A stretch of DNA of 64,000 bases from a virus (lineage: Duplodnaviria; Heunggongvirae; Uroviricota; Caudoviricetes). The DNA lies in the IMG/VR virus record IMGVR_UViG_3300005326_000042, positions 1 through 64,000 of that record; one strand, 5' to 3'. The position numbers were made by a program, and so were the translations under genes. The notes below the pieces were generated by a model. That model searched no databases and had not been told where the DNA came from. It was given only the letters and a program-made list of their open reading frames with translations. Positions 28,774-38,292 of the stretch are shown here, piece by piece. Within the stretch, counting starts at the first letter, position 1. Each line of letters starts with the position of its first letter.

Positions 28774-29159
28774 GCGGAATCACCTAAGATTTCTTTTATC
28801 TTTCTCATTTCCTCAAGAGTACAATATTCCCATTTCTGCTTACTCAAACAAACAACCAAATTATATCTTTCATTTATATCCAAAATTCCTTGGGTTATTG
28901 GCACTATTCTATAATTATCGTCCCAAGTATCGGATATTTTTCTAATTCCGCTTGTTGAGTCTATAAGATCTCCATTATCAAGTCTGATTGCACCTTTTGG
29001 AGTAATCTTCTTTACTTTTGCGAAATTGTAATAACTTACAAATCTTGGGCCATATGCTATTTTGTCTCCAGGCTTGAGAGACTTAAGCCAGAGGTAGTAT
29101 TCGGGAACGGTCATTCTACCACACTCCCCTTTTCTCCAAATCTTGGGTAATCTAACCAC
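28770..29159 (-). CDS. hypothetical protein
   Basis: Track ORF. Confidence 0.4.
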   Translation of the reverse strand: MVRLPKIWRKGECGRMTVPEYYLWLKSLKPGDKIAYGPRFVSYYNFAKVKKITPKGAIRLDNGDLIDSTSGIRKISDTWDDNYRIVPITQGILDINERYNLVVCLSKQKWEYCTLEEMRKIKEILGDSA

Positions 29160-29410
29160 TCAATACTTCTGCCCTTAATATCTTTTATATTAGGTTTTCC
29201 GTCTCTTACAAAGAGGTTATTAAAGAGATGATAAGTTTCTTCCTCGGTTAAATCGATTCGTCCTCTATTCCCATCTTTGTCGGTTACTATGAAACTGACG
29301 TAGATTTCAGAGATTTTGACTTGTTCTGCGGGCATTTTTAAATCCTCCTTTTGACGCTCGACCTCGCTGTTGCTCGGCGTCGCTATGCCTTCGCGATTCT
29401 GTTGAATCAC
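29111..29410 (-). CDS. hypothetical protein
   Basis: Track ORF. Confidence 0.35.
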   Translation of the reverse strand: MIQQNREGIATPSNSEVERQKEDLKMPAEQVKISEIYVSFIVTDKDGNRGRIDLTEEETYHLFNNLFVRDGKPNIKDIKGRSIEWLDYPRFGEKGSVVE

Positions 29411-29416
29411 TACGGT

Positions 29417-29917
29417 TCACACCAGCTTCAAACTCTTCGTAATCTTCTTCAACTCATCGGTCTGTTTAAACCCAATACAAGTCATCGTCCCTAGAGGAAC
29501 TTCGGTAAGTCCTGCATCTTTTATGTAGACAACATCATCAAGAGTTGCAAGTTCCTTAAATGTCTCATGGTCTGCCTTAAGAATTATTGCTCTTCCAAGA
29601 CAGTTATATTTGTCCGCGAGCTGCATTGCTATATGGGAAATTTGTGCAGCAATTTTTCCTTTAGACATCTTCAAGCTTTCGTCGATTACGTAGATGAAGG
29701 TTGTGGAGAGGTCAACTTGTCTTGATATCATATTATCTTCAGAATAACGGTGTCTATGACAAAAACAAGTTCCAGCTATTGCGCCGCAGATTCCACAACG
29801 AAAAATATCGTGGTGGCCCGCGAATCCAAAATGTTCTTGACAATAAAAGGCGTTTCTATCTGAGTCAAATGTTCCAGGTTTACCACATTTAACGCATTTA
29901 TTATTTTCGTTATTCAT
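29417..29917 (-). CDS. zinc-finger fused to peptidyl-tRNA hydrolase PTH2 (archaeal/eukaryal type)
   Basis: N-terminal CVKCG...CQEH...CGICG...CFCHRH; then PTH2 core TFIYVIDESLKMSKGKIAAQISHIA and ...DAGLTEVPLGTMTCIGF. Confidence 0.65.
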   Translation of the reverse strand: MNNENNKCVKCGKPGTFDSDRNAFYCQEHFGFAGHHDIFRCGICGAIAGTCFCHRHRYSEDNMISRQVDLSTTFIYVIDESLKMSKGKIAAQISHIAMQLADKYNCLGRAIILKADHETFKELATLDDVVYIKDAGLTEVPLGTMTCIGFKQTDELKKITKSLKLV

Positions 29918-30156
29918 TTTAGTTACCTCAAACTACCTATTATCTCTCAAGGTATTTAATCTTTTCGTGAGCGAGAATTGGTGTATCTTTGATAAGCAAA
30001 GAAGATAAATAGCCTTAGAGATCATAATAGTACTAAAATCGAAGCATACCAAGAGACACCCAAAACTGGGCGACAACCTGCCTAACTTGGAGGCCGGGAA
30101 GGGCTTCCTCATCAGAACCAGCCTGGGCTGTCTCTCGGAAAGGATGTGTTTACAAC

Positions 30157-30699
30157 ATGAATCTAGGGCTTAAATCTATAAATACTTTGTGTTCCGACTC
30201 CCAACCCGGAGTCATAGTTTATAAATGGGATCTATTGAAAGCAACCGCTTGTGTTTGCACCCGAAATATTAACAGGATGTTGGAGAGACTTGAGAATAAA
30301 GGAGCAAAGGTTCTATACATCTATCCAGTTCAAGAAAGGGATACTCATGGTCGAAAGCTATGGAGATTCCTGCGGGCGAGAGTGAAGGTGGTGGGTGTAG
30401 ATGGGTATACGTTTTATTTTACATCGCGCGATGAATCTCTATTCAAAGTACTATCTGAGTCCTGGACTGGAGATACCTTGAAATCTAAAGTACAACTTAT
30501 GAAAGCGACGGTTAGAAAGGCAATAAAAGAAGTTGCTTTAGAGAAAGGTCATGTGAGTGTCTTAGACATAGTTTCTCGGACTCACAGGATAGTTGATGGA
30601 TTAGAGATAGAAAAGTGGCTGTACGCTTTTGTAAATGAAGGCGAAATAAAAATACAGAGATTTTCAGATTGGTTTGCAAGTAGGATAATACTGCTCTGA
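30157..30699 (+). CDS. hypothetical protein (isolated plus-strand gene)
   Basis: 180 aa track ORF between two minus blocks. Confidence 0.45.
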   Translation: MNLGLKSINTLCSDSQPGVIVYKWDLLKATACVCTRNINRMLERLENKGAKVLYIYPVQERDTHGRKLWRFLRARVKVVGVDGYTFYFTSRDESLFKVLSESWTGDTLKSKVQLMKATVRKAIKEVALEKGHVSVLDIVSRTHRIVDGLEIEKWLYAFVNEGEIKIQRFSDWFASRIILL

Positions 30700-31008
30700 G
30701 AATGCGTGGGATCAATCAAATAAAAGACTTTTAGTGGATAACATCTATTTTTGGTAAGATTGTACACTCTTTATAATTTATACTTAAATTTTCAATGTTG
30801 TATTTAATCTGGCGCGAGGGTTAGACCTTTGCTTCTGGTCGAACTCTTCAGGAATTTCTAATGGTTGGAAGTATACGTGGGCTAGAATAAAATATATCTC
30901 GGATTTTATAGAAGAAATATTATATTTATAAAAATCCGATAGATTTTATATTTGGGAATAGGAGTTCATTTTATTTAAGGATATCGGTGGCCCAGGAGAG
31001 GGTCTTAT

Positions 31009-31218
31009 CTAGCAGAGTGTAAGCGGAGTTCTATTGGAAATTGAGGGTTCTTCCTTTTCGAAGAACAACCAATACGTTGCCGCGAGGATTCCTAATATCG
31101 CTACTCCGTAGAGTTCCCAAATTCTGAAGTAGAAAAATCCGAAGCAGAAGAGGTAGATCTGTGCAGCAGACACGTATTTAATGATCTTTAAGTGAAGAAG
31201 AAGATTGGGGAAAGTCAT
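31009..31218 (-). CDS. small membrane protein
   Basis: Two hydrophobic helices. Confidence 0.4.
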   Translation of the reverse strand: MTFPNLLLHLKIIKYVSAAQIYLFCFGFFYFRIWELYGVAILGILAATYWLFFEKEEPSISNRTPLTLC

Positions 31219-31499
31219 ATCTTGCTATCCACCAAGTCCTTAAGATATTTCTTCGTAGCTTTATGGACCATATTGGATACTCTCCAAATAGGGACATCTT
31301 CAAGAGTCAAAGTTTCTCTATTAAATATTTTAATATTTTGAGTCTCCGCCGGATGTCTATTGGCAAAATGTTCTGCCATTGCATTAACTATTCCCTCTCT
31401 ATCTCCATAGATTACTGTACTTCCGAGGCTCGCGATGTAGTATTCACTTGGAATGCCATTGGGAAGTTCTACTAAGATTGGGTCTATCGAAATTGACAT
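31215..31499 (-). CDS. hypothetical protein
   Basis: Track ORF. Confidence 0.4.
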   Translation of the reverse strand: MSISIDPILVELPNGIPSEYYIASLGSTVIYGDREGIVNAMAEHFANRHPAETQNIKIFNRETLTLEDVPIWRVSNMVHKATKKYLKDLVDSKI

Positions 31500-31668
31500 A
31501 GATCTACTATTATCTCTCTTAATACTTATAGGTTGCGAGAGATGAAAGCATTACTTAAGTAAAAACTTAAAGTATTACTAAAGCCTTGTATGAAAGTTCT
31601 ATAAAACAACCGAAACATTTATATAGCTTGAGGTATATTTTATCTTAACTCTTTTATAGGTGAGTTGA

Positions 31669-31851
31669 ATGAGACCAATGATAAATGATGTTATGGTTTC
31701 TTTTGGTTTGTCAAACGACATAAAAACCAGAATGGAAACGCTTGCGCAGATTAAAGGATTATCCAGTTCAGCATTGATAAGAATGTTGATCCTAGAGAAA
31801 TATTCTGAAGAAATGAAGGCTGGGAATATACCCGAAGAAAAGGTGGTTTGA
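31669..31851 (+). CDS. ribbon-helix-helix (CopG-like) DNA-binding protein
   Basis: VMVSFGLSNDIKTRMETLAQIKGLSSSALIRMLI; SD AGGTGA 6 nt upstream. Confidence 0.5.
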   Translation: MRPMINDVMVSFGLSNDIKTRMETLAQIKGLSSSALIRMLILEKYSEEMKAGNIPEEKVV

Positions 31852-32544
31852 ATGAGTCGATTTCATGATGAGTTTTTCAGGAATGGAAGTCCAGCACACG
31901 ATTCTTTAATGATAAAGTGTATGTCTGAGAAAGGAATTAAGAAGATAATTGAGGAGTTGAATATAGAGAATACAGAGGTAAAACCTTTCTATGAAATATT
32001 TTGTAAGAAATCTTCAAATTACAGAAACGTTACAATATGTCAATGTGACAATTTCGAAAACAGAAAGAGGGCTTTTCTTGGCACAAAGAAGGAGTGCGAG
32101 TGGCGATGGGGTTGTGAGAATAAAAAAACGTGCGGTTTTGAAATAGAAGAACCAAAACCATATATCATTGAGGCAAGATCGATTACACATCTTTCTAAAC
32201 CAAATATATCAAAAGAAACTGAAGTTATTATTAAAAATGGAAATTTTATAATTGGATACGCGGACGGCCTAATCTCTGTTGCATATTATGCGAGTGAAGA
32301 TCTAGAGGTGGAAGAACGCCAAATAAATCATAGGAGCGATTCTATTGATTTTAAAATATTAATTGAAGTTAAACCAGAATTAACAAGTATTGGTGACACA
32401 ATTAGACAAATAAAAACCTATAAGAGTCTTTTGAGGAATAGCAATATTGTTTCGGTAATAGTAACTTATACCACTCTAGATGAGGCCGCACTAGAATATT
32501 TAAAAGGAGAAGGAATAATAGCTATCGTTTGGAAAGATAATTGA
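31852..32544 (+). CDS. zinc-finger / PD-(D/E)xK nuclease-like protein (tentative)
   Basis: Cys cluster then GYADG...D..ILIEVK resembling D-x(n)-E-x-K. Confidence 0.35.
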   Translation: MSRFHDEFFRNGSPAHDSLMIKCMSEKGIKKIIEELNIENTEVKPFYEIFCKKSSNYRNVTICQCDNFENRKRAFLGTKKECEWRWGCENKKTCGFEIEEPKPYIIEARSITHLSKPNISKETEVIIKNGNFIIGYADGLISVAYYASEDLEVEERQINHRSDSIDFKILIEVKPELTSIGDTIRQIKTYKSLLRNSNIVSVIVTYTTLDEAALEYLKGEGIIAIVWKDN

Positions 32545-32554
32545 GGTTCTTAAA

Positions 32555-35335
32555 ATGTCTGAAGAAAAGAAAATTGCAGGTGCGGCAAACACCTGCCAAG
32601 AGGATTTTATTCCTGATAATAGTGATGCTTTACAAGTAGATAAATCTTTCGGTCAAAAGGTTCCAAAGATTGAGAGACCCGCTACCGAGGAAACTATTAA
32701 ACACTACAAGAACCCCAAAGTAATGGCGGTTGTCAGAGAATTTTGCGAAGACCCAAATGGTTGGAGAGGTTGTAACGCCGGAACACATTGGTATAGATCC
32801 ACTCAAAACGGGAAAGTAAGGCTTAGGAATTTTCTAGACGATTATATAGATAGTATTGAACACAATAGAGTTCTGTATGCTACATTAGATTTCTTTGAGA
32901 AAAACTTAAAATCCAAAGACGAAGCTATTAAACCAGGAAGCAACAAACCTATACATCCAATAGGAAGTCTTGAAAATTTAATTTCTTATACTTTAACCTG
33001 TGATATTGACTTAAAAGGATCTGTAGATGATCCTTCTTCAAAACTCGCTTTAGAGTGTGCAGCACAATTTTTTGTAGACTACTTGAAAAAGCGCGGAGTT
33101 TTTAGAAGCGTATACACTCTTTTTAGTGGAAACGGCATATATATTTTAATCCACCATAATCTCTTTGCAGTAGAAAATAGAAATTATGAGCAGAGAGAAA
33201 AATTCTTTGGATCTTTAATTACAGCATATAATATGTTAATTGATAAAATTGAAACAGAGTTTTTCAAAATTCATCCAGAATATAAAGAATTAATAGCGTT
33301 TGATACTGTAAACAATAAGAAAAGAAAATTAAAATGTATTTTTAGTATTCACGCAAAGAAAAATTATGTAGTAATTCCATTAGATCCATCTAATATTAAA
33401 ATTGATTTGGAAAAAGCTAAATTACCTTTATCAGAAGAAGTAATTTTTCTTGGAGAAAAATGGTACAAAGATTTTCATCTCGGAGAAAAAGAAGTTCTCC
33501 TCTCTGTTCTAAAAGAATATATAGATTTAGACCGAAAGAGAAATTCTCACAAGAGAGGAGAGAAAGGAGAAAACGAGAAGGAATTACCTCCAAGAAGATG
33601 TGAACAACCCATTCTCACAGATGATATGCCTCCTTGTATTCAAACAATCATATCTGATCTACAACCAAAAGGTGCTACAGGAGCACTAACTTTTCTGGCA
33701 AGCTATCTATACGAAGTTGGATGGTCCGAAGAAGAGGCTTTTAAGCTCTGGAGTTCTCTAGCCGACAAGGTATGGAAGGATTACAGATACTTTGATGAAC
33801 ATTTCGGAGAACGCTGGACTCCATCTTGCGAAAAATTAAATAATGGTTTCCAATATCCCCGACCAGGAATCGGACATTACTGTAAGAAAGACAAATTCTG
33901 TAAACATTGTTCTAGACCGACAGAATATACACTGAAAGTCCCGAATTTCTCTTGGAACGATAAGGGTAATGGCGAAAGAATGGCATTTTATTTTGGAGAC
34001 ACGATAAAATATTGCGCACAATCGAGAGGATGGTATGTGTGGGATGGAAAGAAATGGTCCGCAGACGAGACGAAAGAGTTTATGAAATATGCAAAGAAGG
34101 TTGTCAGAAATATGTATAACGAGGCTTCAGAAATAGAAAACGATGATCTTAGAAAAAAGTTTGTAAAATGGATTCATTCAAAATGCGAAACTGCGGTAGG
34201 CATAAAACATATGGTAGAAATGGCAGAATCTGAGGATGAGATTTCCATTAGCCTAAAACAAATATATTCTGAATCAAAATATTTTAATCTAGAAAATGGG
34301 GTTCTGAATACAGAAAACCTAGAGATACTTCCACACGATCCATCTAGACTTATTACAATGATATCGAAGGTGGCCTACGACCCAAATGCGGATTGCCCAA
34401 GATGGAAAGAAACAATTAAATTAGTATTTGAAGAAAAAGAAAGTTTAATGAAATATTTCCAGAGAGTTTGTGGCTATATTTTAACTGGAAGACCAATTGA
34501 GCAGGCATTTTTCTTCTTATATGGAGAGAATGGAAAGAATGGAAAATCCACTTTGATGAATGCAATTCTTTATCTCATGGGAGATTATGGATTGAAAGCG
34601 GAAATTAAATCTTTCTTGGAGAGCGGAAATAACATGTCCATCAGAAACGATTTAGCTAGAATGGCAGGAAAGAGATTTGTTTGGGCATCAGAACCAGATG
34701 AAGGAAAGAAATATTCTATGGAAATTTTAAAACAAATCACAGGAAGCGAGCCTATTACTTGCCGTTTTCTTCACCAAGAATATTTTGAATATTTGCCTCA
34801 ATTCAGTCTTTTTATTTCTGCAAACAACAGACCAACCATTTCTGAAAAGAGCGATGCGGCTTGGAGAAGGGTTCAGAGCATTCCTTTTAATAAAACAATT
34901 CCAGAAGAAATGAGAGATAAAAACATAGATATATGTCTACAAGCCGAAGCTTCGGGAATTTTTAATTGGATGCTAGAGGGACTTAGAGAATATTATAAAA
35001 TCGGATTAAATTCTCCTTCAGAGGTATTAGCATCAATTAAAGAATATAAGGAAGATATGAACTCATTTGAGAACTTTATAAGAGACTGCTGCGTTACAAA
35101 AGACGCTAAATCAATTGCAATATTAAATTCTGAACTTTACGAGAACTATAAGTCATACTGTGAAGACCTCGGAATTGTTAGCAAAGATTCATTAAAATCT
35201 TTTATAAAACAGATGACTAAGCTCGAAGAAGAAGGAAAGGTTTCCCGAATTACTGTACATAAACAAACCGGATGGTTGGGGATTCACCTGAAAGATGACA
35301 TGGAGAGAAACACAATTGAAATTAGAAATCCTTAA
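32555..35335 (+). CDS. primase-helicase 1 (D5/P4-alpha-like SF3 NTPase)
   Basis: 926 aa; Walker A YGENGKNGKST, Walker B region, large N-terminal primase-like region; SD GAGGT. Confidence 0.65.
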   Translation: MSEEKKIAGAANTCQEDFIPDNSDALQVDKSFGQKVPKIERPATEETIKHYKNPKVMAVVREFCEDPNGWRGCNAGTHWYRSTQNGKVRLRNFLDDYIDSIEHNRVLYATLDFFEKNLKSKDEAIKPGSNKPIHPIGSLENLISYTLTCDIDLKGSVDDPSSKLALECAAQFFVDYLKKRGVFRSVYTLFSGNGIYILIHHNLFAVENRNYEQREKFFGSLITAYNMLIDKIETEFFKIHPEYKELIAFDTVNNKKRKLKCIFSIHAKKNYVVIPLDPSNIKIDLEKAKLPLSEEVIFLGEKWYKDFHLGEKEVLLSVLKEYIDLDRKRNSHKRGEKGENEKELPPRRCEQPILTDDMPPCIQTIISDLQPKGATGALTFLASYLYEVGWSEEEAFKLWSSLADKVWKDYRYFDEHFGERWTPSCEKLNNGFQYPRPGIGHYCKKDKFCKHCSRPTEYTLKVPNFSWNDKGNGERMAFYFGDTIKYCAQSRGWYVWDGKKWSADETKEFMKYAKKVVRNMYNEASEIENDDLRKKFVKWIHSKCETAVGIKHMVEMAESEDEISISLKQIYSESKYFNLENGVLNTENLEILPHDPSRLITMISKVAYDPNADCPRWKETIKLVFEEKESLMKYFQRVCGYILTGRPIEQAFFFLYGENGKNGKSTLMNAILYLMGDYGLKAEIKSFLESGNNMSIRNDLARMAGKRFVWASEPDEGKKYSMEILKQITGSEPITCRFLHQEYFEYLPQFSLFISANNRPTISEKSDAAWRRVQSIPFNKTIPEEMRDKNIDICLQAEASGIFNWMLEGLREYYKIGLNSPSEVLASIKEYKEDMNSFENFIRDCCVTKDAKSIAILNSELYENYKSYCEDLGIVSKDSLKSFIKQMTKLEEEGKVSRITVHKQTGWLGIHLKDDMERNTIEIRNP

Positions 35336-35379
35336 TTTCTTTTTTTTTCGATATATTTGTACTGATTAATAATAACAAT

Positions 35380-35620
35380 AAAGATTTCTTCCAACTCCCC
35401 CTTCAACTCCCCTTTTTTAAGCGCCCCGCGCATATTGAAAATTGTGAAAGGGGGAGTTGGGGAGGTAATTTTCAGTATTTTCCTATATAGTTTTTTTAAA
35501 AAATAAAATTAATACCTTCTAGATATCCCCAACTCCCCCTTCGATAGCAGGCGGCAGGGGGAGTAAAATGATCTCCCCTTTCTGCGGGCATTGTGTTACG
35601 ATTTTTAAAAATCGTAATAA
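35380..35620. promoter_or_regulatory. putative replication origin: repeats + inverted repeat + AT-rich spacer + palindrome
   Basis: CCCCAACTCCCCCTT at 35391 and 35527 (direct) and inverted at 35448-35462; AT-rich 35484-35515; palindrome ACGATTTTTAAAAATCGT 35599-35616. Confidence 0.45.
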
Positions 35621-35696
35621 TGGCCTACTGATATTGAATTATAATTCGCCGCAAATCTCACACCATTAATCATTACAAATCCCACCAATAAAAAAA

Positions 35697-35933
35697 TTAA
35701 ACCCACACATCCGTCCTAAATTCAACCCTAGTGTCGCAACCAGAAAGTAAAGTTAGCCCAACTGAATCCACGATGTCCAAAACTGATTCTGTATTGAAGT
35801 TAAACAAACTTGATATCCTGGTATGAATTATCAGGTACGCAAAAGGAGATCTGGTGTTTCTATCCTCTCGATACCTCACCAAAATATTTTCCATATCGTC
35901 TTCAAGAAAAGGGATGATTACTTCTTCGCGCAT
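35697..35933 (-). CDS. hypothetical protein
   Basis: Track ORF. Confidence 0.4.
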   Translation of the reverse strand: MREEVIIPFLEDDMENILVRYREDRNTRSPFAYLIIHTRISSLFNFNTESVLDIVDSVGLTLLSGCDTRVEFRTDVWV

Positions 35934-35934
35934 A

Positions 35935-36375
35935 CTAATCCCTAAACCTACACTCCTCTTTCGTCATCAAACACTCTTTCCTCGACCCGTCGCAAACAAA
36001 TCCCACAATCCCATTAGTAATTTTCACAATATACTCAGGCGGAATCATAACACCATCTCCATACCAATAATATGGGAGATGGAGATCAATGGAATCTTTA
36101 ACCTTCCTATCCAAGGTTGTTTGACCTTTGTTCTCTAATAGGTCTTTATATGTTGCATAAAGAACATGTCTAAATTCTCTACAGGAAAGTTCGGGCATTT
36201 CATGGATTATTTGAATAATGGTAAGAGCCAATGGTTTATAATACTCTGGTATCTCTTGAAACCTATCCATTACTTCTTCCTGAGATAACTTTCCAGCAGT
36301 ACTCCAAAACTCCTCTGGTCTGGATAATTCTAACCAGTTATAACCTTCTTCCTGATCTGTGAGATAATCGAACAT
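35935..36375 (-). CDS. hypothetical protein
   Basis: Track ORF. Confidence 0.4.
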   Translation of the reverse strand: MFDYLTDQEEGYNWLELSRPEEFWSTAGKLSQEEVMDRFQEIPEYYKPLALTIIQIIHEMPELSCREFRHVLYATYKDLLENKGQTTLDRKVKDSIDLHLPYYWYGDGVMIPPEYIVKITNGIVGFVCDGSRKECLMTKEECRFRD

Positions 36376-36539
36376 AATTTATCACACCAAGGATGCTCCT
36401 CTTTTTCAAACAATTTTCCGTCTGGTCCGCAGATGCCTCCAACCTCTCTTGCTGATTTACAAAATTGTCGTGTAAAAGACCCATCTATCGGATCGGGACC
36501 AGATTCTGTTTTCCACAGTAATGGTTGTAAGACATCCAA
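36330..36539 (-). CDS. hypothetical Cys-containing protein
   Basis: Overlaps previous by 46 nt. Confidence 0.3.
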   Translation of the reverse strand: MDVLQPLLWKTESGPDPIDGSFTRQFCKSAREVGGICGPDGKLFEKEEHPWCDKLCSIISQIRKKVITG

Positions 36540-36751
36540 TACCCATGATTTTTGCAGTGAATGCAGATTTTTGTCATTTCTTTTTCATCTCCTTCTCAAC
36601 CAAGTTCCTTCCATAGGATCTGGTCTTTCAATTGGCCGCAGACCAGATGTCCCATGTCTAAATGGCGATTTTGGCTCGTCTGCTACATGATTTTTGATTC
36701 TACAAATGCCATCAGCTATGACGTAAGATACGGCTAATGCGAATAAATATC

Positions 36752-36964
36752 CTAACATTCTGATTCCTTCCCAACCTCTACTATCCCATACCCCAGATTC
36801 TTAACTTTCAAATTAACCAGATTTCCTTTAAAAATAATAGAATCTTGCCCGCGAAGAAGCAATTCTCCCCACTCCTTAGATGTCATTCTCTGTTTAAAGT
36901 CTTCTTGGGTCCAATGATTAGGGTGAAGTTGAATCACACTCTCACCATTTCCTGTCCACAACAC
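36752..36964 (-). CDS. hypothetical protein
   Basis: Track ORF. Confidence 0.35.
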   Translation of the reverse strand: MLWTGNGESVIQLHPNHWTQEDFKQRMTSKEWGELLLRGQDSIIFKGNLVNLKVKNLGYGIVEVGKESEC

Positions 36965-37152
36965 GTATACGGATGCACAGGTAATCTATCCAAAGGTACA
37001 GGGAGTCCAGATGGGAATCCATTTTGAGTTATATCCCATTTCTCTTCAGTGACTTCTTGCTCCCATCCACAAATTTTACATTTGAGTTTCATCACCATCT
37101 CTCCTTCCAAGCCTTTAAATTCCACTTCAAAATCTTCTTCATTAAACTCCAA
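36934..37152 (-). CDS. hypothetical zinc-ribbon protein
   Basis: CKICG...CCGQE; overlaps neighbours. Confidence 0.3.
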   Translation of the reverse strand: MEFNEEDFEVEFKGLEGEMVMKLKCKICGWEQEVTEEKWDITQNGFPSGLPVPLDRLPVHPYTCCGQEMVRV

Positions 37153-37481
37153 CTCATCAGTCCTTCAGGAAAATCTTTCTTCCATAAATAACTACATCCT
37201 CCACGTAAACAAACTTCAGATATTTCGTCCTCCATGTATCCAATCTCTTTTAAACCTTCGTCCAAGAAGTTCTGGAGTTTATAACCATCTACGAGTTCAT
37301 GCCCTATAATGTGGCCTCGCGATGGAGAATCGTACTCGAATGTGAGTTCTTCAGGATTAATTTGATATTTTTCTAAAATTAAACTTACATCTGCCTCAAA
37401 CTCTTCTTTGGTTTTGGTGGGATGCAGATAGTCTTTAGGACTATATGATTCCCAATCAGAAACTGAAATACGAAAGATCAT
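37092..37481 (-). CDS. hypothetical protein
   Basis: Track ORF. Confidence 0.4.
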   Translation of the reverse strand: MIFRISVSDWESYSPKDYLHPTKTKEEFEADVSLILEKYQINPEELTFEYDSPSRGHIIGHELVDGYKLQNFLDEGLKEIGYMEDEISEVCLRGGCSYLWKKDFPEGLMSWSLMKKILKWNLKAWKERW

Positions 37482-37903
37482 TCATATCCCTCAAGTAACA
37501 TCTCTGTCATAGCTACATGTTCTTCCAGTTCTTTTCTAAAGTTGTTATCCAAATTCGGCGTAGTTAAAATAAGTTTCACAAGCGTAACTTGATTTCTAAG
37601 AGCTTTGGCTAGAGCTTTAGTTAAGCCCTCCTTCTCCTGCCGCGCGGATTCTAAGTCTTGTTTAAGTAGTTCTATGGCGTTATCTTTAACCTGCAATAAC
37701 GTTTCGGTGTCTTGATTTCTATAGTCTTGTTCCCATCCAGATTTCCAAGATTCGATTTCTTCTTCCATCTCCTTATATTCCATCAACAAATGTTCTGTGT
37801 AATTTGTCAAAGCCCAAATATCTAACATCTTTATATCAGAAGATTTTGTGTGCTTAATTTGGGTAACGTGGTCTTCTATGTTTTTAATGTCTTCAGAATT
37901 CAT
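37478..37903 (-). CDS. coiled-coil hypothetical protein
   Basis: Heptad-rich. Confidence 0.4.
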   Translation of the reverse strand: MNSEDIKNIEDHVTQIKHTKSSDIKMLDIWALTNYTEHLLMEYKEMEEEIESWKSGWEQDYRNQDTETLLQVKDNAIELLKQDLESARQEKEGLTKALAKALRNQVTLVKLILTTPNLDNNFRKELEEHVAMTEMLLEGYE

Positions 37904-38190
37904 TTTGTATCCTCCAAAATCCTACTTAATGTTATAATAGCCCTATTTTCAGAGTTTCCTTTAAATGGATTATTCTTAAAAGTTTCAATTACGTATCTAA
38001 GAACTTCTCTATCTCCATCAAATAGAATAACTGGTTTGCCGCCGCACCAATCTTTCACAAAATCCTCAAGATGTTCTCCAGCCATCATTTGCCATCCCAA
38101 CTCGCGTTGATCTTCGGGTTCTTCTAACATAGATGTTAGTTTTCTATTCCATTCTTTTAATTGGTCGAAGTTCACTCTTTCCACCACCAA
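37900..38190 (-). CDS. hypothetical protein
   Basis: Track ORF. Confidence 0.4.
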   Translation of the reverse strand: MVVERVNFDQLKEWNRKLTSMLEEPEDQRELGWQMMAGEHLEDFVKDWCGGKPVILFDGDREVLRYVIETFKNNPFKGNSENRAIITLSRILEDTK

Positions 38191-38292
38191 GGAGTATATT
38201 CTTCAGATTTAACTTTCCTTTTTGATAAAGAATTGATATTCTCAAGAGACTGGAGAATATTAATTATAGGAATTGTGGAGTCGAAGTTCATG

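Noticed and set aside
36433-36690. Plus-strand 85-aa ORF
   Set aside because: It is antisense to the minus-strand block. A small minus-strand membrane-like ORF (about 36576..36749) fits the local gene order better, but both are too weak to list as features.
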